Assembly (NCBI GenBank): GCA_963845185.1
Contig: CAWJRG010000005.1
Location: forward strand, 160,001 to 224,000
Length of the DNA stretch: 64,000 nt
Origin: an uncultured bacterium
GTDB taxonomy: Bacteria; Oederibacteriota; PGYV01; CAWJRG01
Reading direction: 5' to 3'
In this document: one piece after another, positions 42,481 to 53,526 of the stretch
How the letters are laid out: each line of letters begins with the position of its first letter
Position numbering within the stretch: the stretch's first letter is position 1
Notes under the pieces: model-generated
Databases searched by the model: none
Told to the model about the DNA's origin: nothing
Seen by the model: the letters and a program-made list of their open reading frames with translations, nothing else
Made by a program: the position numbers and the translations under genes

Positions 42481-44128
42481 ATGTCGGTGTTGCTTTAAAT
42501 GTGGATGTCATTATCGGGGTTGAAGTTTCAGTACTTGTATTTACAGGCGACTCTGTGTTTGTAATTGTCCGCGTGACCGTATAAGAAAAAACCGCTGTAG
42601 ATGTAATTGTGGAAGACGGCGAAGAAAACCTGGTAGGAGTCCAAGTATATGCAATAGTGCTTGTCTCTGTCAATGTTGCCGTGCCTGTAATAGTAATTGT
42701 CACGCTGCCGGTGCATGCGCATGTGTCCGTTAATGTCGGCGTGCGTGTTGGCGTATTTGTCATTGTATCTGACGCAGTACTTGTTACAGTAGGCGAAGGC
42801 GTTGCTGTCGAAGTGTCTGTCCATGTCGCAATTGAAGTTTCAGTAAACGTATTTTCAGGAGACTCTGTGCTCGTTCCTGTCAATGTTGCCGTGCTGGTTG
42901 ACGTAATTGTCACGCTGCCGGTGCATGCGCATGTGTTCGTTAATGTCGGCGTGCGTGTTGGCGTATTTGTCATTGTATCTGACGCAGTACTTGTTACAGT
43001 AAGCGAAGGCGTTGCTGTCGAAGTGACTGTCCATGTCGCAATTGAAGTTTCAGTAACTGTATTTTCAGGCGACTCTGTGCTTGTTCCTGTCAATATTGCA
43101 GTGCTGGTTGACGTAATTGTCACGCTGTAGGTACATGCGCATGTGTTCGTTAATGTCGGCGTGTGTGTTGGTGTATTTGTCATTGTATCGGTCACTGAGC
43201 CAGTCATAGTGAGCGAAGGCATAGCTGAAGCTGTAACAGTAAGCGTAGTCGAAGTTGTAGAAGTGGCTGTCGGCGTATCCGAAGGAGTCACAGTAACCGA
43301 TGGCGAAGGAGACTCCGCCGGGCTCCATGTGTAAGTTGGCGTATTTGTTAGGCTGAATACCGGCGTATTTGTCGGCGTCGAAGCAGCCTGCAGTTCCATC
43401 TCCATCATTACACATCCTGACGAAATTCTGTTTGAATAGTATGTAACATTATATGGCCCGGCTGCCGTGCAGGTTATGTCATGGCCCGCTCCCCGGATGT
43501 AACTGGCTGTATTTTGGATATTCCAGCGTTCGTTTGTTATGCTGGAAAATGTCATTGCCGCGTTATATCTTTCCGCGAATATCCCCGAAATAATGCTTCC
43601 TGCCTGAGTGGTGGACACTGTAGTAGTCAAAGCCCTTGATGTCGTGCCTGCGTTGTTACTCACGCCGTTTGCCCCTATTGAGCTCACCCCGTCATATTCT
43701 ATTACGCCGGCCGCAGAGTAGGCGACGGCGTTCACGGTAACAGTTATGTTGTTTGGCCCTGCCGCAGGGTTTTGCAAATACCATATTTCGCCCTCAATAG
43801 GATAAGCGACGATTGAATTTGCCGTGCCTGTCACATAAGTAAAATTCTGCCCAGCGTACTGGACGCTGGTTATTTTGACATAGCCTTTAAAAGCCGCGCT
43901 GAATATCAGTATCTTATTGGAATTCGCGCTTGTGTTGTATGTAAAACTGAAGCTTGCAGCATGCGCTGTTGTGTCGGCCATACCGTAATAATTTATGCCG
44001 CATAAAGATACCGAAGAAAAAAATACGGTAAAAGCAAAAACAAAGGCAATAAACAAAATATAATTGAATCTCCTGTTTTTATATAAAATTGCATTTTCTG
44101 TTTTTCTGTTGTTTATTTCGCAATGCAT
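41876..44128 (-). CDS. Secreted/surface protein: beta-rich N-terminal domain, Thr-rich stalk with 70-aa repeats, tandem FlgD-Ig/CTD-like C-terminal domains
   Basis: Signal-like hydrophobic stretch; 210-bp repeats at ~42660-43200; [12 protein letters not shown]...WNGRDDNG...GTY and IYNIKGELIKTL...W...GIYIA tail. Confidence 0.75.
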   Translation of the reverse strand: MHCEINNRKTENAILYKNRRFNYILFIAFVFAFTVFFSSVSLCGINYYGMADTTAHAASFSFTYNTSANSNKILIFSAAFKGYVKITSVQYAGQNFTYVTGTANSIVAYPIEGEIWYLQNPAAGPNNITVTVNAVAYSAAGVIEYDGVSSIGANGVSNNAGTTSRALTTTVSTTQAGSIISGIFAERYNAAMTFSSITNERWNIQNTASYIRGAGHDITCTAAGPYNVTYYSNRISSGCVMMEMELQAASTPTNTPVFSLTNTPTYTWSPAESPSPSVTVTPSDTPTATSTTSTTLTVTASAMPSLTMTGSVTDTMTNTPTHTPTLTNTCACTYSVTITSTSTAILTGTSTESPENTVTETSIATWTVTSTATPSLTVTSTASDTMTNTPTRTPTLTNTCACTGSVTITSTSTATLTGTSTESPENTFTETSIATWTDTSTATPSPTVTSTASDTMTNTPTRTPTLTDTCACTGSVTITITGTATLTETSTIAYTWTPTRFSSPSSTITSTAVFSYTVTRTITNTESPVNTSTETSTPIMTSTFKATPTLTQTFIMTLTPVQGNYTVQIVIYDSTGQVVRTLASTKDTDIVHNFSFSKTPFIADGTSILDIIDMNGNIIGGWNGRDDNGNMVFPGTYRVKVTTNNQYFVIKDIAVVAEDPLAGAVVQVRYSKASTGFFIGAAADWERVKIYNIKGELIKTLYPEGANSAEWDMTTAKGAKASHGIYIAVIELKNKTTGNSLHKLAKIAVH

Positions 44129-44317
44129 TATTATATTCCTTCATGCGTGTGGCAGAAAATTTTTGCAAAAATATTCCAATATAAAATTTACAATTATATA
44201 TAAATTATATCCCGAATTTGTTTTTTTATCCACAAAATATATTTTTAGGATTCCCCTTTTTGTTGACTCGCTGCCAAAACCTTAATTAATAGGTTATCTT
44301 TACCCAAAATGCTTGTG

Positions 44318-44605
44318 TTATTTTGGCTTTAAAATTTTGCTAAAGAGTTCTTTGATACCGCGCAGGCAAATGCCTTTTCCTGAATATTCCTTTATTTTTT
44401 TGCAAAGTTCAATATGCTGTGGCGTATAAACCCTGGTCCGTCCTACTCGCAAAGGTTTGACAAGGTTTTTCCTTTCCCAGTTCCTTAATGTCTGCTGGTG
44501 CACGTTAAGCAACTTTGCCACATCATTTATTGTGAATAACGCCCGGCTGTCTTTATCTTCAGGCGTATTTTCTTCCAAAACTATAGCTGTTTTAATTTTA
44601 TCCAT
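44318..44605 (-). CDS. Small MerR-family HTH regulator (paralogue of 52860..53135)
   Basis: LFTINDVAKLLNVHQQTLRNWE...RTRVY; ATG at 44605 after AGGAG/AAGGA. Confidence 0.88.
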   Translation of the reverse strand: MDKIKTAIVLEENTPEDKDSRALFTINDVAKLLNVHQQTLRNWERKNLVKPLRVGRTRVYTPQHIELCKKIKEYSGKGICLRGIKELFSKILKPK

Positions 44606-44637
44606 GTCCTTTTCTCCTGAACGAAAGTTTATTTTAT

Positions 44638-44709
44638 AAACCGAAGGGTGAAGCAAAATATTACTTTTGCTTGCACCCGGTCAAGTCCCCAGCTGGGGAC
44701 AGGCGGTTT
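44638..44709. other. Compact branched stem-loop between the giant adhesin stop and merR
   Basis: AAACCG/CGGTTT closing stem enclosing GGGTG-AAGCAAAA...TTTTGCTT-G-CACCC and GTCCCC-AGCT-GGGGAC. Confidence 0.45.
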
Positions 44710-44721
44710 CTTATGTCAAAT

Positions 44722-47700
44722 TTACCGATGAACCGCGATTTTGGCGAGTTTATGCACGCTGTTCCCTGTCGTATCATTTCTAAGCTCTATAATCGCGATG
44801 TATATGCCGTTGCTCGCCCTCGCGCCGCTGGCCGTTGTCATATCCCAAACAGAGCTGTTTGCCCCTGCCGGGTATAATGTCTTTATCAGCTCCGCGTCTA
44901 TATTATATATTTTTACCCTTTCCCACTCTGCGTTTATTCCGGCATCTATAAAAAATTCAATGCCGCCATTAAAGTAATACACCTTCACTTTGGCATTCGC
45001 TAAGGAATCTTCCGTGACAACTGCAATATCCTTTATTACAAAATATTCATTATTTGTTGTTACTTTTACCCTGTATGTGCCCGGATATACCATGTTGCCG
45101 TTGTTATCCCTTCCATTCCACTCTCCTATGATATTTCCGTTCATGTCAATAATGTTAAGTACGCTGCTGCCGTCTGCAATGAAAGGCGATTCAGAGAAAG
45201 TGAAATTATGGACAATATCCGTGTCTTTTGTTGACGGCAATGTCCTGACTACCTGGCCTGTGCTGTCATAAATAACTATCTGAACAATATCATTGCCCTG
45301 AAGAGGTGTGGGAGTCATTGTAAAAGTCTGCGTTATTGTATAAGTCTGGGTTATTGTCGGTGTCGCTGTAGATGTGCCTGTCCATGAAGCAGTTGAAGTT
45401 TCAGTCCGGGTATTCACAGGCGACGCGGTGTTTGTCCATGTATAAGTTGGCGTGTTTGTCCCTGTCCATGTTGCTGTACCTGTCATTGTAAATGTGTTTG
45501 TTGGCGTTCCTGTAGAAGTCTCCGTAAAAGTATCCGTAGCCGAATCCGTAGGACTCGCCGTGAATGTAATAGAAGGCGAGGGCGAAGGAGACTCTGTTCC
45601 TGTGTCCGTCATTGTCAGCGTGTATGTCGGCGTTTCGGTTGATGTTGGCGAATCTGTTGAAGTTGGCGATATTGACGGAGTATCCGTCACTGATGACCCA
45701 GGAGGCACCGGAGTATCTGTAATAGTTATGGTCGGCGTATTTGTCGGGGTTTCACTTGTTGTCAGTGTATCAGTCGGCGTCCATGTCCCTGTTACCGTAT
45801 ATGTCGGAGTTTCGCTTACTGTCAATGTGTCGGTCTGAGTATATGTCAGCGTTTCACTGTTTGTTTCCGTTTCAGTTTGTGTCTCGGTCGGTGTCGCTGT
45901 ATATGTAGGTGTTTCGCTTGTTGTCAGTGTATCTGTCGTTGTATTCGTTGGTGTCTCACTTACTGTTGCTGTATATGTAGGGGTTTCACTGTTTGTCAAC
46001 GTGTCTGTTGGCGTTTCAGTTGACGTTGGTGAATCTGTTGAAGTCGGCGATATTGACGGAGTATCCGTAACTGACGATCCGGGAGGCACCGGAGTATCTG
46101 TAATTGTTATAGTCGGCGTATTCGTCGGGGTTTCACTTGTTGTCAGCGTATCAGTCGGCGTCCATGTCCCTGTTACCGTATATGTCGGAGTTTCGCTTGC
46201 TGTCAATGTGTCGGTCTGAGTATATGTCGGCGTTTCACTGTTTGTTTCCGTTTCAGTTGGTGTATTGGTCAATGTCTCTGTATATGTAGGTGTTTCACTT
46301 GCTGTCAATGTATCAGTCTGCGTACATGATTCTGTTATAGTCCACGTCGGCGTATTTGTCGGACTCAATGTAGGTGTATTTGTACCTGTCCATGTTGGTG
46401 TATTTGTCGGTGTGCTAGTAGGCGTATTTGTGCCTGTCCACATTGGCGTATTCGTACCTGTCCATGTCGGTGTATTTGTTGGCGTGTTTGTAGGTGTCCC
46501 AGTTGGAGAATCCGTCGGCGTGCTGGTTGGCGTATCCGTACCGGTCCACGTTGGTGTATTCGTTGGACTCCATGTTGGTGTTTCGCTATTTGTTAAAGTA
46601 TCTGTTGGTGTATTTGTTTCAGTCCATGTTGGCGTATTTGTCGGTGTGCTGGTTGGTGTATTTGTACCTGTCCATGTTGGTGTATTTGTCGGTGTGCTAG
46701 TAGGCGTATTTGTGCCTGTCCACGTTGGTGTATTCGTACCTGTCCACGTTGGTGTATTTGTTGACGTGTTTGTAGGTGTCCCAGTTGGAGAATCCGTCGG
46801 CGTGCTGGTTGGCGTATCCGTACCGGTCCACGTTGGTGTATTCGTTGGACTCCATGTTGGTGTTTCGCTATTTGTTAAAGTATCTGTTGGTGTATTTGTT
46901 TCAGTCCATGTTGGCGTATTTGTCGGTGTGCTGGTTGGTGTATTTGTACCTGTCCATGTTGGTGTATTTGTCGGTGTGCTAGTAGGCGTATTTGTGCCTG
47001 TCCACGTTGGTGTATTCGTACCTGTCCACGTTGGTGTATTTGTTGACGTGTTTGTAGGTGTCCCAGTTGGAGAATCCGTCGGCGTGCTGGTTGGCGTATC
47101 CGTGCCGGTCCACGTTGGTGTATTCGTTGGACTCCATGTTGGTGTTTCGCTATTTGTTAAAGTATCTGTTGGTGTATTTGTTTCAGTCCATGTTGGCGTA
47201 TTTGTCGGTGTGCCGGTTGGCGTATTTGTACCTGTCCATGTTGGTGTATTTGTCGGTGTGCTAGTAGGCGTATTTGTGCCTGTCCACGTTGGTGTATTCG
47301 TACCTGTCCACGTTGGTGTATTCGTTGGACTCCATGTGTACGTTGATGTGCTTGTACCCGTCCACGTTGGTGTATTCGTGCCTGTCCATGTCTGAGTATT
47401 TGTCAGTGTGCTAGTAGGCGTATTTGTGCCTGTCCACGTTGGTGTATTCGTATCTGTCCATGTCTGAGTATTTGTCGGTGTCCTAGTTGGTGTATTCGTT
47501 AGTGTCCACGTCGGTGTATTTGTACCTGTCCATGTCGGCGTATTTGTTCCCGTCCACGTTGGCGTATTTGTCGGTGTACTGGTAGGTGTATTCGTTGGCG
47601 TCCACGTCGGCGTATTTGTACCTGTCCATGTTGGTGTATTTGTAGACGTCCATGTTGGTGTATTCGTACCCGTCCATGTCGACGTATTCGTGAGTGTCCG

Positions 47701-50700
47701 CGTCGATGTATTAGTTGGAGTCCATGTGTAAGTTGGCGTTCTTGTTCCTGTCCAAGTTGGTGTACTTGTTGGTGTCCAAGTCCCTGTCACTGTATATGTC
47801 GAACTTGCCGTGGGTGTGTTTGTCGCTGTCAATGTAATAGTATTTGTCGGCGTCCGTGTAGAAGTCGCGGTAGGTGAAGGAATCTGGCTGACAAAATCAA
47901 CTGCTGTCGCTACATCCCTGTCCGGCACAGCCATAGAACCCGGTAAAACCGTGCTGTGCGGGGTTATGGTATTTGTTTGTGCCGTATCATTATATATATT
48001 TATTGTTGCGTAGCCGTTTGCGTTTGTTGTTCCTGTCACGCTGTTTGAACCAGTGCCGCTCAAACCTGATAAAGTTGAAGCTGTAAACAAGGCATTGCCG
48101 GTCGTGTAAATGTTTATTTGCTGGCTGCTTGCCACGCTGTTTCCATATAAATCCACAATCTGTAACTTTATCAAAACCACGCTTCCTATATTATTATAAT
48201 AAGGTGCTGCCGCTGCGACAATATGGTCTGCTGCTGCCGGGCCCCATGTCAATACTACGCTTATATCCCTGTCGGGCGTGCTGTTCGACCCGGGAAGACT
48301 GCTATGCGGCGTAACTGTTACGCTTTCCGCCGAATAATCTATTATTGTTATTGTATCCTGTCCGCTTGAGTTTGTGCTGCCTGCAATAAGGTTTGTTCCT
48401 ATCCCTGTTGGGCCTGTCATATCAGTCGCAGTGAATGTGGCGTGTCCCGAAGCGGCTATGCTTATCGGATAAACCCCCGGCACTATTACTCCGTCCGCAT
48501 CTACAACTTTTATATTAAGCTGTATAGAATTGCTTGCCGTAAGCGTGCCGCCTGTGCTGTTAGAGACTACTATATGGTCTGCACCCGGAGCCACAAACTG
48601 CACTATTGTGCTTACATCGCTTGAATGGTTGCCCCAGATGCCGGAATTTGGGCTGACTGTAATTGTTTCTATATTATTATCTTTTAGTGTTAAATTTGCG
48701 TATCCGCTGGAGTTTGTCGGGCCAAACGCCGTATTTGTTCCTGCACCTGTCCAGCCACCCGGCACTGACGAAAAATATCCTCCGCTGCTTGCGGTTACGG
48801 TCACATATTCTGCAAGAGCCACTGTATTGCCGTACGCGTCCACTATCCATATTGTTATCGGCTCTCCAGTGCCTCCTGCGCCTGCCACTGCTATACCGTC
48901 TGCTGCTTTTGCCACTGCATGATTTGCATTATTAAAAGTAATATAAGATTTCACATCCCTCGCTGGGCTGCCGGCGAGGCCCTCCGTAGGCGTAACCGTA
49001 ACAGATTCGGGCGTCGAGTCAGAAACCTGCAAATACGCATAGCCAAGGGCGCTGGTGTTGCCGTATGCCGTATTATTTCCAGCACCTGTTATTGTCCAGC
49101 CCGCAGGCACTGAAGTGAAATACGCACTGCCGTTCATCGACACGGTCACTGCCTGGGTATATTCAAGCGAATTTCCGTTTATATCCACTATCTGCGCATT
49201 TAATCCCGTCGGGTTTCCTGCAGGCACTGCTGAGTATAAAGGGCTTAATTGCACATGGTCAGGCGGAAATGACACGGTAAAATAAAACACCCTGCTGCTT
49301 GAAACTCCGTTTGTTTCATATCCCGTCACGGTTACTGTCCATGTGCCAGCTGTTGTTCCTGTACCAGGTATTGTGTAATTATAGTTGTAAAGTTTCCAGC
49401 CTGAAGGATTTGACGGGTCTGTTGTGTTGTATGTCATAGCAGCGTTATTGACCCTGACTGTAGCGACCGGGTCTGTAATTGTAATGAACGCGCTTGCTAC
49501 ATCGTAAGAGCCGAACATATCCGATACTTGTGCTGCGATATTGGCCACATTCCCCGTGGTAAATACCGTCCTGGTATTATTCAGGCTGTCAAAGCTTTGA
49601 ATCGAGCTGACAGTCACATAAGTTGATACCGGAAGCTGTATGTCCGAATTTTGTACCGGGCTGCTGTTCTGGTACACTCTGAAATAAGGGTCCCGGCTGC
49701 GCCTGTATTGCCGAGATTATAAAACATCAGTACTAGCTTGTCTCCCGCTGGTATTGTTATTGAAGAAGAAACTGTAACAGTAAAAGTGACTGCAGTCGGC
49801 GCATTGTCTGCATAATTTATATTATTAACTGTTGCCTGGCCTATGAGTGTTGAATTACTTACGCCGTCTGTATAAAATAAAGCCGCCTCTGCGTTCAGTG
49901 CAATCCCGCCTGTCGAAAGCACAAGCCGCACAGGTATATTTTGGGTTATCCTGAGCTGGCTGTAAAGCGGCGGGGACAGCTCCCAGCCCTGCGATGTCAG
50001 GAACCCGACCTGCGTATAAGTCCCGGTCGCGGCCGTATCTGTAATCGTGGTAAAACTAAAAGGCGATGTTGCCGGCGATTGCTGGGATGCGTGCAGCCAG
50101 AGCCATTTCGTGGCTGCCGCAGGGTAAGCAGACAGCGTGTTTTCCTGCGCAGTGGCAGTAAGCCCTGTATTTGTTATTCCTGTGAATGTCAAACCTGTTG
50201 TATCAAGCTGGCCGCCTAGCGCCGTGGCAGGGACAAATTTCCTGAGTATAAGCCAGTAGCTGCTGTTATTATTTACCGGGACATCTGGCTTGCCGTTTGA
50301 ATTGGTGTCATACGCTGCGTTTACATAATTCCATGTACCTGCTCCGGTTGTATCGGCTGCGATTGTAACGCCGCTGGCACCGTCTATCAGGTATGTCGGC
50401 CATCCCATGGAGCTTTGCGCAAGGCTTATGTCAAACCTGTCGTTTGCCCCGGACGTATTGCTCACAGTCAGGTTTATATTGCCTGATGCCCCGGCATTCA
50501 CAACCTGTTGTGTCTGCGGGCTGACGCTTAATCCGCCCACATAAATATGAATAATTTTTGAGTCATTTGCCTGATTTTGGTCTGTAATGCCAAAATCACT
50601 TCCGAGATTGGTAGACATTGTTATTGTGTACATGCCCGGCGGCACCGCGCTTATGTTGAAATAATATCCTACATCCGTGCTTTCGGCAGTCGGCACAGTG

Positions 50701-52483
50701 AGTGTTACATTGGTAAAGGTAGTATTGATTGGAGTAAAGCCTGCAGGGCCTGTTATATTTATGTGTACCGGCAGTCCGCTCCAGTCCCTGAGCCCGTAAT
50801 CCACGACTGTGCCTGTTATCATTACATACCCTGTTGAATTCTGGAATACCTGCCCCTCGCTTGGGTTTTTTATCTGCATTATGCCTGTGTCATGCAGCTG
50901 AGATTTGCCTGTATTTATCTCATTCTGCATATCCTGCTGGGCCTGGCCGTTTAAAGTATTGCCGAACCCCCATACTATCTCGACGACCTGCTGTGCCCCT
51001 GGTGCCATGTTTCCAAGGTTATATTGCATGGCAAATGACGCGTCGCCGTTATATGCTGCGTTGTCAATAAGGTTTCCCGCAAGGTTATCCATGTCTGGCC
51101 ACATGGTGGCATAGTTATTGACTTCATGATGACTGCTGGGTATAAAAGCTGAAAAACCTGCGTAAGATATGCTAGGGTTTTCAGCCGGAACCGGTACTGG
51201 TTTGTAACCATAAACCGTGTCGTTGACATTATCATAGTTGCAGTCGTCACCATTCGGGTCGCCGTTAAAATCCATATCAGACCCCTGAAAAAATATTACT
51301 CCGTTTGCCGTCCTTGTAGCGTGTGTGTTTGTCAAATAATAAATAGTGGCGTACCATTTCGTATTGCCTCTTATTATGGTTTTTTTTGCACACGTAAAAG
51401 ATACCCTGTTCCTTGTTACCACAGCCTGCTGAAAATTATCACTTATTACTGATTCGAGCTGGCCCCACGGGGTTGTGTTAATGTCGTAATAAGTAAAATT
51501 TACGTTTGTGAATGTGTCAGAGGCATTGACGTGGTCGTCATTGTCGTTGTATGTAAAACAAGGGTTGGGTGCGCCGGCGTTTCCATATTGGTAAGTATAT
51601 GCGCCGTTAGTAAACCTTAAAGCTAATTTTGCCGCTGCGCCTGTTGCTACATCCCTTCCCACGCCGAAATCCTGGCTTCTGCCCATGTGGTCTTTGTAAT
51701 AAACCACCCCGCCGTCGGTATTATGTCCGTCTCTCCCATATAAGGATAAATAAGCGCCGACTGCTGTCCGCATGGGATATTTGATCCGGCCACGGCTCCT
51801 TGGGTTGGTATTTCAAGCAGCAGGGAGAAATACGGCTGCGGCGGCGAAAGCACTACTGAATAACCTGCTATCGGGTCGTCATAGAAATAAAGCGTATCGC
51901 CCCCCATGTAGCATACGCTTTTGTCATAAACCTCGCCGTTTTTATTTTTTGCGCCGTTAGCGATTTCAATGCCGTCATCCCTGATAATTTTCTTTACCAT
52001 CATGCCCTTTGGTATCTGGACCTGTATCCTGTACCACTGGCCGTCAAGTTTGTTGTTTAGCTCGACCCTTATTAGCTTTTCGTTCAACCTGCTTATATTC
52101 AGCGTGGCTTTTTTCAATTCAAAAATGTTTATATTTTTATTCAGCAGTTTTGCCGCGTAAGCTGCCTGTGTTTCGTCAAATCCGTATTCAAAAATATCCT
52201 TATACGCACCGCGTTTTTTGAAAAATTTTCTCGGCAACTTTTCAATGCTGCTTATTAAATTATCATTTACATTCCTATCGTTATCCTTATAGATAAAAAC
52301 ATTTTCTACGGGGTCATAGGCAATTATGTTGTTATTTGCGCCTACTGGCCTGACCGCGGCATTATCCGGCAACGCGTATAAAATATTTAAAAATAAAAAC
52401 AGGAATATCCCCATAAAAGCAATTTGTTTTGTTTTAAAATTGTTCCCGGCTCTTTTCACTGTTATTCCATTTTTTCCTTGCAA
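44722..52483 (-). CDS. Giant (~2590 aa) surface adhesin-like protein with Ig-like repeats, a long Thr/Trp-rich stalk and FlgD/CTD-like tail; split by two single-base frameshifts (~51740, ~49689)
   Basis: ORFs 51647..52483, 49614..51773 and 44722..49677 overlap with sensible sequence switching frame ([25 protein letters not shown]); Ig-like D..GN repeats. Confidence 0.75.
46373..47322. repeat. ~3.4 near-perfect tandem copies of a 282-bp (94-aa) unit inside the Thr stalk
   Basis: Near-identical antisense shadow ORFs at 46494, 46776 and 47058 (period 282). Confidence 0.9.
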
Positions 52484-52528
52484 GTTTATTCCTTTTAACT
52501 TGACATCTTAATTATGCTGTATTTAATT

Positions 52529-52849
52529 TCATTTATCTGTAACCTGGCTCACATTCCTGGTTTTTGCGCCGTGCCGTTTATTTTGTTTAATAAATTCTAT
52601 TGTTTTATAAACTTCCCTTGTAACATCCGTGTTAAACTGCGTTTCCATTTCCTGCAACCTTGTAAAGATATGTCCCCTGTCTGAAACAACATATTTTGGT
52701 GCCAGGTGATTCAACGCGTAAGCCAGCATATCAAGCCTGCATTGCTCGCATTTGCACACATCGTCTCTTTCCAAAAGCTGCTGGTCTATGTTGTTTCTGG
52801 CTATATCTTCCATATAATTTTTAAGCAATAAGTTATGTTTCTTTTTCAT
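52529..52849 (-). CDS. ComFB-family protein (late competence development / cyclic-dinucleotide receptor superfamily)
   Basis: NYMEDI...CKCEQCRLDMLAYALNHLAPKYVVS...NKRH signature. Confidence 0.9.
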   Translation of the reverse strand: MKKKHNLLLKNYMEDIARNNIDQQLLERDDVCKCEQCRLDMLAYALNHLAPKYVVSDRGHIFTRLQEMETQFNTDVTREVYKTIEFIKQNKRHGAKTRNVSQVTDK

Positions 52850-52859
52850 TTTTTACCCC

Positions 52860-53135
52860 CTAAATTTTACTAAGGAGTTCTTTGACTCCCCGCAGCGATA
52901 TGCCTTTGCCCGAATATTCCTTTATTTTTTTGCAAAGTTTAATGTGTTGCAACGCGTAAACCCTGGTTCGTCCAACACGCATGGGTTTAATAAGATTTTT
53001 CTTTTCCCAGTTCCTTAATGTCTGCTGGTGTACGTTGAGCAACTTTGCGACATCGTTGATAGTAAATAAATCGTCATCGCCTTTTCTTTTTGTTGCTTCT
53101 TTCTCAACAACTAAAGCTCCCTCGTTTTTTTCCAT
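52860..53135 (-). CDS. Small MerR-family HTH regulator
   Basis: LFTINDVAKLLNVHQQTLRNWEKK; ATG at 53135 after AAGGAG. Confidence 0.88.
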   Translation of the reverse strand: MEKNEGALVVEKEATKRKGDDDLFTINDVAKLLNVHQQTLRNWEKKNLIKPMRVGRTRVYALQHIKLCKKIKEYSGKGISLRGVKELLSKI

Positions 53136-53193
53136 AAATAACTCCTTAAATCCGTCGATTTTGCCATATACATCTTTGCGAAACCGCAATGGC

Positions 53194-53251
53194 AATCACT
53201 TGACTTAGTGTCCTAATTATAATTGCTTTATAATACTGTTGTCAAGTGATT
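53194..53251 (-). promoter_or_regulatory. Consensus promoter with 18-nt spacer bracketed by an 11-bp inverted repeat
   Basis: TTGACA (53245-53240)-N18-TATAAT (53221-53216); AATCACTTGAC (53194-53204) and GTCAAGTGATT (53241-53251). Confidence 0.65.
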
Positions 53252-53526
53252 AAAACAGTTGCATAACTCAGTATGTCTTAAAAGCCTTTATTTTTAAAGG
53301 AAAAATACGATACATTGTATTGCATCCTATAGTTGACATACAAGATACTGTAGTTTCGCATTATGAAAACAATCTTAATTTATATGACTTCTTTGGCATT
53401 TTATTTGTTTTCTACTCAATATATTACACTTGGCAAGAAAACACTTTACTTTTTAAAAATTTACAATATAATTAAATTATAGAGAAATTAAATTTCTATT
53501 TTAATTATGGTACTAAAAGGAGTTCA

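Noticed and set aside
53136..53200. c-di-GMP riboswitch before merR-comFB
   Set aside because: A hairpin (TTGCCAT/ATGGCAA) exists but the GEMM GCAAA/GNRA/GCAAAGC pattern is not matched
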